A stretch of 64,000 bases of DNA from an uncultured Planctomycetota bacterium (GCA_963849325.1 CAWKHF010000002.1:512001-576000), one strand, 5' to 3'; positions 22,235 to 34,131 are shown, numbered from the stretch's first letter. Translations and numbers: made by a program. Notes: generated by a model from the sequence alone, not told the origin.

Positions 22235-23530
22235 ATGCGAATCCTCCCGACCGTGTGCGCGGCGGCCCTGGTCTTTGTCCTGTCGGCGGCGGATTGGCCG
22301 CAGTGGCAAGGCCCCAACCGCGACGCCGTCTCGAAAGAGACCGGCCTGCTTGCGAAATGGCCCAAGGACGGACCCGAGTTGGCGTGGACGTTCGACAAGG
22401 CCGGCTCCGGCTACGCCGGTCCCGCCGTCGTCGGCGGCAAGCTGTACACGATGGGCGGCCGCGAAGGCAGCGAATACGTCTTCGCCCTGGATAACAAGGG
22501 CCAGGAACTGTGGAGCGCCAAGATCGGCTCGGTGTACGACTTCGAGGGCAACAACTGGAGCCGCGGCCCCAACGCCACGCCGACGGTAGATGGAGAGCGG
22601 CTCTTCGCACTGGGCAGCCAGGGCGTGCTGGTGTGCCTGGACACCGGCGGCAAGGAGCAATGGCGCAAGGATCTGCCGAAGGAACTCGGCGCCCAGGTCA
22701 GCACCGTCGGCGGCGGGCCGAAGGGCATGGGCTGGGGCTTCTCGTGGTCGCCGCTTGTCGATGGCGATCAACTCATCTGCGTGCCCGGCGGACCCCAGGG
22801 GTTGTTGGCGGCGCTGGACAAGAAGACCGGCGACGTGAAGTGGCGCAGCAAGGCCGTCACGGACCCGTGTCCGTACTCGTCGCCGATTGCGGCGACCCTC
22901 GGCGGCGTCAAGCAGTACGTCCAGGTGGTCAACGCCGGGGTCGTCGGCGTCGAGGCGAAGACCGGCGAGGTACTGTGGAACTTCAAACGCAAGAGACCGT
23001 GGAGCGACGTGCTGTGTCCGACGCCGATCTGCCGGGGTGATTGGATCTACGCGACAGGCACCAAGACGAGCGGCTGCACTCTCATCAAGGTCCACGCCGA
23101 CGGTGGGAAATTCAAGGCGGAGGAAGTGTATTCCAACAAGCTGATCTCGAACTTTCACGGTGGTGTCGTGCTGGTCGGCGATTACGTCTATGGTTATCAC
23201 GCCAACCGCGAATGGGCGTGCCAGAGTTTCGCCGAGGGCGGGGCCAACAAGTGGGAGTCGGACCCCAACGCCCTGGGGGCCGGCGGCTCGGGCGGCTCGA
23301 TCCTCGTCGCCGACGGCCGGCTGTACTGTCTGGCCGATAGCGAGGGCGCCGGCGTCGTCGGCATGATCGAAGCTCGGCCGGACAAATACAGCGAAATATG
23401 CCGCTTCACACTGCCGCGAAAGTCTACCCTGCGCAAAGAGAGCGGCGGCGTGTGGACGCACCCGGTCCTCTCGGATGGATACCTTTACCTGCGCGATCAG
23501 GAATTGATCTTCTGCTACAAGGTGAAATGA
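22235..23530 (+). CDS. Exported PQQ-like beta-propeller protein 2 (paralog of protein 1)
   Basis: ADWPQWQGPNR...KETGLL; WTHPVLSDGYLYLRDQELIFCY. Confidence 0.9.
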   Translation: MRILPTVCAAALVFVLSAADWPQWQGPNRDAVSKETGLLAKWPKDGPELAWTFDKAGSGYAGPAVVGGKLYTMGGREGSEYVFALDNKGQELWSAKIGSVYDFEGNNWSRGPNATPTVDGERLFALGSQGVLVCLDTGGKEQWRKDLPKELGAQVSTVGGGPKGMGWGFSWSPLVDGDQLICVPGGPQGLLAALDKKTGDVKWRSKAVTDPCPYSSPIAATLGGVKQYVQVVNAGVVGVEAKTGEVLWNFKRKRPWSDVLCPTPICRGDWIYATGTKTSGCTLIKVHADGGKFKAEEVYSNKLISNFHGGVVLVGDYVYGYHANREWACQSFAEGGANKWESDPNALGAGGSGGSILVADGRLYCLADSEGAGVVGMIEARPDKYSEICRFTLPRKSTLRKESGGVWTHPVLSDGYLYLRDQELIFCYKVK

Positions 23531-23545
23531 GGAAATGCGCCCTTG

Positions 23546-23609
23546 GTTAGCCGCGACGCGCAGCGGAGCGCGCGACAGACCCGCGCTCCGCTGCGCGTCG
23601 CGGCTAAAC
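23546..23609. repeat. REP-like palindrome, family D (TTAGCCGCGACGCGCAGCGGAGCGCG...)
   Basis: About 26-bp perfect stem; other copies at 51437-51499 and 60018-60081. Confidence 0.9.
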
Positions 23610-23631
23610 GGGAGGTAGAACGGGAGAGGCC

Positions 23632-24955
23632 ATGTTCGCCGCGCCGCGGGATGACATCGCACGGGCGGAGTTGGCCCACTGGCAAATCCAACGCCTGTCT
23701 CTTCTCCTGCGTGACATTCTCCCCGGCAATCGCTTCTACGCTCGCAAGTTTCAGCAAGCCGGGATCGATGTCGCCTCCCTATCCCTACCCGCCGACCTGC
23801 CACGCCTCCCCTTCACGACCAAGTCGGAACTGCTCGATGACCAGGCCCAACATCCTCCCTACGGCGAGATTTTAACGTATCCGGTCGAGCACTACAGCCG
23901 ATTGCACCAAACGTCCGGCACGGCGGGACGGCCGCTGCGCTGGCTGGATACGCCGGAGAGTTGGTCGCGGCTGCTCGACTGCTGGATGACGATGCTCGGC
24001 ATGGCCGGCGTGACGGCGGCGGATCGGCTGTTCTTTCCCTTCTCCTTCGGGCCGTTCCTCGGCTTCTGGACGGCGTTCGAGGCGGCGTCGCGGTTGGGCT
24101 GTCTGTGTCTGCCCGGCGGCGGCCTGAGCAGTTCGGCCCGTCTGCGCTTCCTGCTCGACAACCAGGCGACCGTCATCCTGTGTACGCCCACTTATGCCCT
24201 GCACCTGGCGGAGATCGCGCAGACCGACGGTATCGATTTGGTCGGCTCAACGGTGCGCAAAGTGATCGTCGCCGGCGAGCCGGGCGGCAGCATCCCGGCG
24301 ACGCGCGGCCGCATCGAGAGCGCCTGGGGAGCGCGGCTGTTCGATCACACCGGCATGACGGAAACCGGCCCGCTGGGGATTGAATGTTCCGAGCAGCCGG
24401 GCGGTCTACATCTGTTGGAGACCGAATGCCTGGCGGAAGTGATCGACCCCGAGACCACGCAGTCGGTGCCGGCCGGGACCGAGGGCGAACTGGTGCTGAC
24501 CACATTCGATCGACCAGGCAGTCCGCTGGTGCGCTACCGCACCGGCGACCTGGTGCGCGTCGATCCGCGGCCGTGTCCGTGTGGCCGGGCGCTGGTGCGC
24601 CTCGACGGCGGCATCCGCGGCCGCGTCGATGACATGATTGTCCTTCGCGGCAACAACTTGCATCCCAGCGCCTTGCAGACCATTCTGCATCGTCTCGCCG
24701 AGGTCGCCGAGTATCGCATGGAAGTCGATTACAAAGCCGCGCTGCCGGTCCTGCGCATCGAGGTCGAGCCGCGACCCGGCGTCGCCGGCGACGCCCTGGC
24801 TCGAGCGCGTCGAACACGCCATCCGCACGGAACTGCTTTTCCGCGCCGAGGTGCGGGCCGTTCCGCCCGGAAGTCTGCCCCGCTACGAAATGAAGGCCCG
24901 CCGACTGGTACGAAAAAACGAACCAGGTACTGCAAGCGATCCCTCGAAATCGTAA
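23632..24955 (+). CDS. Phenylacetate-CoA ligase (PaaK)-family adenylate-forming enzyme; frameshift near 24800
   Basis: LPFTTKSEL, QTSGTAGRP, TPTYALHL, GEPGG, HTGMTETG, YRTGD, GRVDDM; C-terminal 'SLPRYEMKARR' in the next frame. Confidence 0.88.
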
Positions 24956-24962
24956 AAAAGCA

Positions 24963-25040
24963 ATCAGCGGTCAGCGATCAGCAGTCAGCAAAACACAACC
25001 GGACGGATCGCTGATCGCTGATCGCTGACCGCTGATCGCT
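24963..25040. repeat. Inverted heptamer-array element (TCAGCRR)n...(GCTGATC)n
   Basis: tcagcggtcagcgatcagcagtcagc ... gctgatcgctgatcgctgaccgctgatcgct. Confidence 0.8.
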
Positions 25041-25059
25041 TACCAAGAGAGCCGATCCC

Positions 25060-27378
25060 ATGAAGCACTGCCTCCCCCTGCTGCTGGTCCTGTTCGGCTG
25101 GACGGCGACGATCCGCGCCGACAACTGGTCGTCCTGGCGCGGCCCGGAACAGACCGGCGTTTCCCGCGACACCGGCCTGCCCGACACCTTCGCCGTCGAG
25201 AAGGACAAGGAAAAGAACATCGTCTGGCGGACGCCGTATGGCGGGATCACCACGCCGGTCATTCAGAACGGCCGGGTTTACGTCATCAACAAGGTCGGCG
25301 AGGACGAGTCGCAGCAAGAGCGCGTCATGTGCTTCGACGCCAACGACGGCAAGGTGCTATGGCAGCACAAGTTCAACGTCTTCCTGACCGACATCGTCGC
25401 CGACCGGCTCGGCTGGACGCAGATGGTCGGCGACGCCGAGACGGGCAACGTCTATGCTCACGGTACGCAGGGCTTTCTCTTCTGCTTCGACAAGGACGGC
25501 AAGATCCGCTGGAAGCATTCGCTGACCGAGGAATACGGTCGCATCAGCGGCTACGGCGGACGCATCACCAGTCCGATCCTGTTCGAGGATCTGCTCATCA
25601 TGCCGCTGGTCAACGCCAACTGGGGCGAACAGACGGTCGGCGGCACGCGGTTGGTTGCCTTCAACAAGCGCAGCGGCGAGGTCGTGTGGTGGTCGTCCAC
25701 GAATTATCGCGTTAAAGACACCTTCGCCTGCATGCCGGTCGTCGCCAAGATCGGCGGACAATGGCTGGTCATCACGGGTGCCGGCGACGGCGGGGTCCAC
25801 GCCTTCAAGGCCCGCACCGGCGAGAAGGTGTGGAGCTATATTTTCGCCGCCGGGGCGATCAACGCCTCGCCGGTCGTGGACGGCGATTTGGTGTACGCCG
25901 GCCACGGCGAGGCCAACATCGACGGCCGACGAACAGGGTCGCGTCATCTGCCTGGACGCCGGCAAGGTCGAGGACGGCAAGCCGAAGCTGGTCTGGAAGG
26001 TGGACGGCATCCGCGTCAAATACGCCTCGCCGCTCTTGCATGATGGCCGGCTGTACGTCTGCAACGTCGTCGGCGAGATGTATTGCCTGGATGCCAAGAA
26101 CGGCAAGCAGCTGTGGAAGTATCAGTATGGCCAAAACACGCGCGGCTCGCCGGTCTGGGGCGACGGCAAGATTTACCTGCCCGAATTGGATTCGCAGTTC
26201 CACATCCTCAAGCCCGACGACGAAAGAGTGCAAGTCGCTCTGTTCGGAGTTTTTCCGCGGCGCCGGCGAGGCGCCGGTGGAGCTGACTGGCAGTCCGGCC
26301 ATCGCCAATGGCCGCCTCTACTTCCTGACCAGCGAGGAACTGCTGTGCATCGGTAAGAAGGACCACAAGGCGGCCGACGCCGGCAAGACGCCGGAGCAGC
26401 AGACGGATCGTCAGGCACCGGCCGACGCCAAGCCGGCGCATCTGCAGGTGGTGCCGGCCGACGTGGCCCTGACGCCGGGCCAGAGCGTCAATTTCAAGGC
26501 GCTGGCCTACGACGACCACGGCCGACTGATCGGCGAGGTCAAGGCGGATTGGTCGCTGGCCGGGCCGCTGCCTCCCGTGTTTCCCATCGGCATGCCGACG
26601 CCGCCGCAGCCCAAGTCGCCGCCGTCTCCGCCGCCGCCCATGAACGGCAAGCTCAGTCACGACAGCGGTACGACCACCAAGCTGACCGTCGGCAACGCCG
26701 CCGCCGGCGCAGTTTGGCCGCGTCGTCGCCAAGGCGAACGGCCTGACCGCTTCCGTCCGCGTGCGCGTGGCGCCGCTGTTACCCTACGCCATCGACTTCG
26801 CCAAGGTGCCGCTCGGCCGCACGCCCGGCGGCTGGGTCAACTGTCAGGGCAAGTTCGCCGTCGCCAAGATGAAGGACGGCACCGTCGCCCTCAAGAAACG
26901 CAACGACGCGCCCAGTCCTCTCGTGGCGCGGGCCCGCACCTACATCGGCATGCCCGACCTGACCGACTACACCATCGAGGCCGACATGCAGGGCACCAAA
27001 CGACAAGCCGACATGCCCGACATGGGCATCGCGGCCAACCGCTATCGCCTCGCTCTGATCGGCAACGCCCAGCAATTACGGCTGGTTTCCTGGGACGCGC
27101 TGCCGCGTATCGACAAATCCATCGCCTTCGCGTGGAAGCCCGACGTCTGGTATAGCATGAAACTGACCGTCGAGGTCCAGGGCGACAAGGCCATCGCGCG
27201 CGGCAAAGTGTGGCCGCGCGATCAGCCGGAGCCGAAGGCGTGGACGCTCACGGTCGAGGATACCACCCCCAACCGCGAAGGCGCTCCCGCCCTGTACGGC
27301 AACTCCACCGGCATCCAGGAGAAGACGCCCGGCACGGAAATCTACTACACCAACGTCAAGGTCACGCCGAACAAATAA
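25060..27378 (+). CDS. Exported PQQ-like beta-propeller protein 3 with C-terminal Ig-like and concanavalin/lectin-like domains (3 frameshifts)
   Basis: Signal peptide, NWSSWRGPEQTG, propeller repeats across ORFs 25060, 25655 and 25761; ORF 26761 'YTIEADM...WYSMKLTVEV...RGKVWPR'. Confidence 0.8.
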
Positions 27379-27380
27379 AC

Positions 27381-27436
27381 AGTTCTGAGTTCTGAGTGAA
27401 AGACATAGAACTCAGAACTCAGAACTCAGAACTCAG
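27381..27436. repeat. Inverted heptamer-array element (AGTTCTG)n...(AACTCAG)n
   Basis: Same family as 16981; ends just before the ATG at 27439. Confidence 0.85.
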
Positions 27437-27438
27437 GA

Positions 27439-29113
27439 ATGTCATCCATGCAATCCCTCCCGAATCTGCGCCGTGTGGTATCGCTGGCCGGGACCGCGCT
27501 GGTGTTCGTCGTGGTCCTCGTCGTGGTCGGACTGCAATCGTCGTCGCCGGACGCCTCCTCGGCCAAGGCCGACGCCGGCAAGGACGACCGCCGCGATTGG
27601 CCGATGTACGGCGGCACCCTGTCGCGCGATCTCGTCAACCTCCACGACAAGGGCATGCCGACCAACTGGGACGTCACCGAGGGGCAGGAGAAGAACATCA
27701 AGTGGAGCGTGCCCCTGGGCGACAAAGCCTACGGCGGACCCATCGTCGCCGGCGGCAAGATTTACGTCGGCACCAACAACAAAAACCCGCGCGATCCGAA
27801 AATCAAGGGCGACAAGGGCATCCTGCTGTGCTTCCGCGAGTCGGACGGCGAGTTCTTCTGGCAGGCGGTCCACGACAAGCTGGCGGCCGGCCGCGTCAAC
27901 GACTGGCCCGGCGAGGGCATCTGTTCCAGCCCTATCGTCGAGGGCAATCGACTGTACTACGTCAGCAACCGCTGTGAGGTCATTTGCGCCGACGTGGACG
28001 GCATGGCCAACGGCAACCAGGGCGAGCAGGACGAGAACTACAAGGGCGACAAGGACGCCGACATCATCTGGCGGCTGGACATGATCGGCAAGCTGGGCGT
28101 TTTTCCGCACAACCTGGCCGTCTGTTCGCCGTTGATCGTCGGCGACACGCTATTCGTCATCACCGCCAACGGCGTGGACGAGGGACACATCAACATTCCC
28201 AACCCTGCCGCGCCGAGCTTTTTGGCCATCGACAAGAAGACCGGCAAAGTGCTGTGGAAGGACAACGCGCCGACGCGCAGCCTGGTCGAGGCCCAGAAAG
28301 CCGGTGCGGCCGTCAACATCCGCAAGATGGTCAACGCCGGTCAACTGTTGATGCACGGCCAATGGTCCAACCCCGTCTACGCCGAGGCGAACGGCAAACC
28401 GATGATCATCTTTCCCGGCGGCGACGGCTGGATTCGCGCCTACAACCCCAAGGACAGCTCGCTTTTGTGGAAGTTCGATTGCAATCCCAAGGGCACCAAG
28501 TACGTCCTCGGTCCGGCGGCCACGCGCAATGACTTCGTTGGTACGCCGGTCGTCTGGGAGAACAAGCTGTACATTGCCGTCGGCCAGGATCCCGAGCACA
28601 AGAAAAGTGTCGGTCATCTGTGGTGCATCGACATCACCAAGCAGCCGAAAAACGAGGACAAGGATCTCACGCCGGTCAAGAACAACTTCGATCCCAAGGC
28701 GGCGGTCAACAAGGATTCCGGCCTGGTCTGGCATTACGGCGGCAAGGCGCCGCCGGGTGTCCGCCGCAATTACTCGTTCGGACGTTCGATGAGCACTTGC
28801 GCCGTCCACGACGGCCTGTGCTACGCCGCCGACTTCGATGGCTATTTCTACTGTCTCGATGCCAACACTGGCGAGAAATACTGGGACGAATCCTGGGCGC
28901 CGACACCTGGAGTTCGCCGTATTGGGTGGACGGCAAGATTTACATCGGCAGCGAGAACGGCACGATGCACGTCTTCCAGCACGGCAAGAACAAGAAGGCG
29001 CAAGTAAGATCGACATGCAGGCCGACGCCATCCGCGCGACGCCCGTGGCGGCCAACGGCGTGCTGTACACGATCACCGAGAACCCGTGCAAGCTGTGGGC
29101 GATCAAGAAGTAG
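27439..29113 (+). CDS. Exported PQQ-like beta-propeller protein 4 (frameshifts near the 3' end)
   Basis: N-terminal TM/signal, DWPMYGGT..R, NIKWSVPLG...YGGP, HGQWSNP, FPGGDGW, WKFDCNPK. Confidence 0.88.
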
Positions 29114-29141
29114 CCGGGCATTACGAGGGAGGGCGGACGGG

Positions 29142-30702
29142 ATGCGCTGGACAACGGGTTTGCGAATGGGGCCGGCTGCCGGGGTGTTCCTGGTGTTGCT
29201 GGGCATGGCCTGTTCCGGCCGCTCGCCGTCCGGCGCGGACAAGGCGGAGCCGTCCGGCGCGGACAAGGCGGAGCCGTCCGCGCAACCGCAGGCCGGGCGC
29301 ACTCGTGGCCGATGTTCGGCGGCACCGTCCAGCGCAACCTGGCCAACACGACGGACACCAACCTCCCCAACGAATGGAGCATCAAGAAGGGCAAGGAGAA
29401 GAACGTCAAGTGGACCGCCAAGCTGGGCAGCAAGGGACTCGGCGGTCCCGTCGTGGCCGATGGCCGGATCTTCATCGGCACCAATAACGCCGAGGGCGAC
29501 AAGGGCGTCCTGAAATGCTTCCGCGAGTCGGACGGCAAACCCCTGTGGGAAGCGGTCCACGAAAAACTCGACGACAACAGCGGCGCGCAAAGCTACGGCA
29601 TCGTCTCGACGCCGTGCGTGGACGGCGACCGCCTGTACTACGTCAACAACCGCTGGGAGGTGATTTGCGCCGACGTCGCCGGGGAGGGCGGCAAGGCCAA
29701 GATCGTGTGGACGCTCGACATGGTCAAGGAGCTGAAAGTCTATCCCGGCGGCATCCAGGGCAGTTTGTCGATCTGTTCGCCGCTGGTCGTGGAAGACCTG
29801 GTGTTCGTGGTAACGGCCAACGGGGCGGACGCGATGGGCAAGGTGCCGGCGCCGGCGGCGCCGAGCTTTCTCGCCCTGGACAAGAAGACGGGCAAGGTGG
29901 CCTGGCAGGACCATTCGCCGGGCAAAAACATCATGGATGGCCAGTGGGGCAATCCGGCGGCGGCCCGCGTCAACGGGCGATGGCAAGTCCTCTTCCCCGG
30001 CGGCGACGGCATGGCTGTACGGCTTCGAGGCGAAGACGGGCAAACTGCTGTGGAAGTTCGATTGCAACCCCAAAGGGGCGGACTTCAAGGCCGGCGGCCG
30101 CGGTACGCGCAACTACATCGTCTCGGCCCCCGTCGTCTGGGACAACAAGGCTTTACGTCGCCACCGGCCGCCATCCCGATGAACCGCACGGCGAGGGCCA
30201 TCTGTGGTGCATCGACCTCACCAGGGAGCCGAAGAACAAGGACAAGGATTTGTCTCCCGTCAACAACAACTTCGATCCCAAGGCCGAGGCCAACAAGGAC
30301 TCCGGTCTCATCTGGCACTTCGGCGGGTCCGTCATGCCCAAACCGGAGGGCGCTGGACGGGAATATGTCTTCGGCCGCAGTGTCAGCACGGTCGCCATCC
30401 ACGACGGCCTGCTCTACGTCGCCGACCTCGCCGGATACTTGTACTGCCTGGATGCCGGCACGGGCCGAAAGCTCTGGGATGCCGATCTCAAGGCGAGCGT
30501 GTGGGCCTCGCCGTTCTACGCGGACGGCAAGGTCTACATCGGCACCGACGACGGCAGCCTGTTCGTGTTCCCGCATGGCAAGGAAGCGAAGAAGCCGGCT
30601 AAGATGGACATGGAGGAGGCGCTGCTCAGTCCGGTGATGGCGGTCAACGGCGTGCTGTACGTCAGCAACGGTTACAACCTGTACGCCCTCGCCGCCAAGT
30701 GA
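29142..30702 (+). CDS. Putative lipoprotein PQQ-like beta-propeller protein 5 (paralog of protein 4; 3 frameshifts)
   Basis: LVLLGMA-C lipobox-like site, WPMFGG..QRN, NVKW, DGQWGNP, HLWCID...NNFDPKA..NKDSGL shared with protein 4. Confidence 0.85.
29225..29280 (+). repeat. 24-bp tandem repeat (2.3 copies) encoding a PSGADKAE linker
   Basis: gccgtccggcgcggacaaggcgga x2 plus gccgtccg. Confidence 0.9.
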
Positions 30703-30777
30703 CGATTTACCCCAAGTCGTTTCGCGGCGGCTCGCCGATCCGACGCGAAACACCGATCGACAACCGAGGAACTTTCC

Positions 30778-31879
30778 GTGTCCGCTACCGCCAACGCCGA
30801 CCAGGTCCGCCAGGCCCGCGAAAAGCTCGATGCCCATGTCTGCGACATCGTCGCCTGGCATTTCAGCCCCGACACCGGCACGCCGTTCTGGCTCGAACGC
30901 GCCAAGTCCTTTCAGTTCAACCCGCTCAAGGACGTGCAGGGTTTCGACGACTTGAAGCTGTTCGGGCTTTTCGAGGACGAATGGCTTCGCGGCGGCCCGG
31001 TGCGGCGCTGGGTGCCCAAGGCGCTGCACAACAAGCCGACTTACGTTTTCGAGACCGGCGGCACTACCGGCATCCCCAAGAGCCGCGTCGTCCAGGACGA
31101 CTTCCGCATCGACTACGAGATGTTCAGCGACACTCTGCCGGAGAAGTATTTCCCCAGAGGGTCAAACTGGCTCATGCTCGGTCCGTCCGGCCCGCGGCGT
31201 CTGCGTCTGGCGGTCGAGCACCTCTGCCAATACCGCGGCGGCATCTGCTTCTGCGTCGATCTCGATCCGCGCTGGGTCGTCAAGCTCATCAAGAAGGGCT
31301 GGATGGAGCACCTGAAGGCGTACCAGGAGCACGTCATCGACCAGGCGCTGACGGTGCTGTCGGCCAACCACGAAATCAAGTGCATGTTCACGACGCCGAA
31401 GCTGCTCGACGCCCTGGCGACGCGGCTGGAGAAGGACGGTTCGAGCATCGCGCAAGCAGGGCATCATCGGCATCTTCTGCGGCGGCACCGAGATGACCTC
31501 GCAGTGGATTCGCTTCGCCATCGAGGAATTGCTCGGTCCCAGCGTGTACATCGCTCCTACCTACGGCAACACGCTGATGGGCCTGGCCGCGGCGGAGATG
31601 CCGACGGCGGAACAGAACTACAAGATCGCCTACTACGCTCCGCAGCCGCGCGCCGTCGTGCAGGTGGTGGACTTCAAGGATTACGACAAGGTCGTGGACT
31701 ATGGCCAGACAGGCCGGGTGATGCTGACGACGTTGACGAAGGAATTTTTCGTGCCGCGCTTCGCCGAGCGCGACGAGGGCGAGCGCGAGCCGCCCAGCGC
31801 GAAGTATCCGTGGGACGGCGTCAGCGGCGTGCGGCCGTTCCACGAATTCGCCGCGAGCACGACGGTCGGAGTGTATTGA
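30778..31879 (+). CDS. Short atypical ANL adenylating enzyme, EhpF/LuxE (acyl-protein synthetase)-like; frameshift near 31455
   Basis: 'WHFSPDTGTPFWLERAK' N-terminus, P-loop ETGGTTGIPK, PTYGNTLMG, 'GRVMLTTLTKEFFVP..ERD'; about 367 aa, lacking the small C-terminal ANL domain. Confidence 0.75.
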
Positions 31880-31897
31880 CCGACGAGGAGACAAGCG

Positions 31898-32686
31898 ATG
31901 CCATCACCGTTTCCAGGGATGGACCCGTATCTGGAAGATCCCTGGATCTGGCCGGACTTCCATCTGACCTTTGCGGTTGGGCTTCGTACGGAGTTGAACC
32001 GTCGGCTGCCAACCGGCTACGTTGCTCTCGTTGATCGCTACGTTTGGGCCTGGGAGCCGGAGACGGAAGAACGTAAGCGTTTGGGCAAGCTCGACGTGTT
32101 CTTTACAGGAGAGGGTGAATCGAGAGCGCCTGCCGCCGCAGCCGTCGCTGCTCCGGTGGAGATCGTCTTGCCCTCGGTGACCGAGAAAGGCACGCCGTAT
32201 GTGAAGATCGTGGACCGGGCCTATCGCCGATTGGTCACGGTCATCGAACTGTTAAGTCCGGCCAACAAAACTCCGGGCAAGGACCGAGACGCCTACTTGA
32301 TGAAGCAACGGGAGTATCTGGCCACGGACGTGAACGTGGTGGAAATGGACTTGCTGCGCAAGGGGGAGCGCTGGTCCTGGATGGCCCCTTCCGTGGTGGC
32401 ATCCGCTTATTATGTGATGGTGAGTCGGGCCGCAGAGCGTCCTCGAGGCCACGCCTGGCCATTCTCCGTGCGGGATTCTCTACCCACGATCGCCGTCCCT
32501 CTCACCGTGCGGGATGGCGACGTCGCCCTGGAACTCCGCCTGTGGATGAACCAGGTTTACGATAGTGCCGGCTATGACCGCGAATTGGACTACACGCAAC
32601 CTCCGAATCCTCCGCTCGACGAGTCGGACGCCGTCTGGGCGCGCGAGTTGTTAGATAATCGAACATCCCAAGGGAACCAATCATGA
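31898..32686 (+). CDS. DUF4058 family protein (PD-(D/E)xK nuclease-like, expanded in planctomycetes)
   Basis: MPSPFPGMDPYLE..W.DFH, VTVIELLSPANK, VEMDLLR, LDYTQPPNPPL. Confidence 0.9.
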   Translation: MPSPFPGMDPYLEDPWIWPDFHLTFAVGLRTELNRRLPTGYVALVDRYVWAWEPETEERKRLGKLDVFFTGEGESRAPAAAAVAAPVEIVLPSVTEKGTPYVKIVDRAYRRLVTVIELLSPANKTPGKDRDAYLMKQREYLATDVNVVEMDLLRKGERWSWMAPSVVASAYYVMVSRAAERPRGHAWPFSVRDSLPTIAVPLTVRDGDVALELRLWMNQVYDSAGYDRELDYTQPPNPPLDESDAVWARELLDNRTSQGNQS

Positions 32687-34112
32687 TTCACATCCCCGTC
32701 CTGCGCTGGGGCGAGCCGTACAAGAGCCTGGACGTGGACAAGGTGGTCCACTTCGCCACCGGCGAGCCGTTGGCCGAGGTCGGCCGGGCCAACGCCGGCC
32801 TCGTCGAGCGCGACATGCGCCACGCCCAACGCGCCCGCGACGTGCTGCGCGACATCCCCATCGCCGATCTGCTGCAGATGGTCAAGAAGGCGGCCGATCT
32901 GTACACGCAGGCGGAGCTGCCGCTGGGCGACGGCACGCAGACGCCGGAGCAGTTCGTGCGCATGCAGTCGGCGACGACCGGCCTGCCCGAACACATGTGC
33001 CGTTTCAACATGACGAAGAACCACTTCGTGTTGAACCAGATGGACAAGATCCTCGAAGCGCTGACGCGCGGCCTCGACCTCAACGTGTTGTCGCGCGGCT
33101 ACGGCGTCGAGCGCGGCGTGCCGATCAGCTATCAGGCGCAGTCGCCAGTGCTGGGGCTGGTGCTGCCGAGCAACTCGCCCGGCGTTCATACCCTGTGGCT
33201 GCCGATCATCCCCATGCAGATGGGTTTGGTGCTCAAGCCGGGACCGCAGGAGCCGTGGACGCCGTACCGCATGACGCAGGCGTTCGTGCAAGCGGGCGTG
33301 CCGAAGCAGGCCATCGCCATCTATCCCGGACTCGGCGACGTGGGAGCGGCGGTGCTGGCGCACTGCCCGCGCAGCCTGATCTTCGGCGGCACCGCCACCG
33401 TCGAGCAGTACAAGGGCAATCCGCGCGTCCAGGCCCACGGGCCGGGCTTCAGCAAGATCCTGCTCGGCGACGACGTGGTCGATAACTGGCGGAAGTATCT
33501 CGACCTCATGGTCGATAGCGTGCTGATCAACAGCGGTCGCGGCTGCATCAACTGCTCGGGCATCTGGGCGTCGCGGCATACCAAGGAGATCGCCGAGGCG
33601 CTGGCCGAACGCATGGGACCGATCCAGCCTTTGCCGCCGGAAGACCCCAAATCGGCCCTGGCCGCCTTCACCGTACCCGGACAGGCCGACGCCGTCTCCG
33701 CCGACATCGACCGCGATCTCAAGGACGCCGGCGCCCACGACATGACGGCGAAGTACGGGCCGCGGCTGGTCAAGAAGGAACGTTACGATTACCTGCGGCC
33801 GACCGTCATCCTCTGCGATTCGCCGGCCACGCCGATCGCCAAGAAGGAATACATGTTCCCCTTTGTAACGGTCGTGCAGTGTCCGCAGGAGAAGATGCTC
33901 GAAGCGATCGGGCCGACGCTGGTTTGCACGGCCATCACGCGAGGACAAGAAGTTCCAGCGTGCTCTGCTCGACGCCACGCACATCGATCGGCTGAACCTG
34001 GGTCCGACTTCCGACGATCAAGCTGAACTGGTTGCAGCCGCACGAGGGTAACATCGTCGATTTCCTGTTCCGGGCACGGGCATTCCAGTTTGAAGGAGCC
34101 TTGCCCTCGTAA
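32683..34112 (+). CDS. Aldehyde dehydrogenase-superfamily protein, atypical (LuxC/EhpG-like acyl reductase candidate); frameshifts near the 3' end
   Basis: VLPSNSPG, LKPGPQEP, NSGRGC (catalytic Cys), EYMFPF; 'AHGPGFSK' in place of ELGGK; C-terminal 'WLQPHEGNIVDFLFRARAFQ'. Confidence 0.82.
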
Positions 34113-34122
34113 GGCCCTTGTC

Positions 34123-34131
34123 TGGTATAAT
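34123..34131 (+). promoter_or_regulatory. Extended -10 element (TGnTATAAT), possible internal promoter for the Fe-ADH gene
   Basis: tggtataat in the intergenic gap of an otherwise GC-rich sequence. Confidence 0.45.

Noticed and set aside
23632-24955. Phenylacetate catabolism (paa) operon
   Set aside because: No paaABCDE, paaG or paaZ nearby, so only a family-level call is justified.
30778-34112. Phenazine or bioluminescence cluster
   Set aside because: No phzA-G or luxAB/luxD genes in the window; only the activating/reducing pair is similar.
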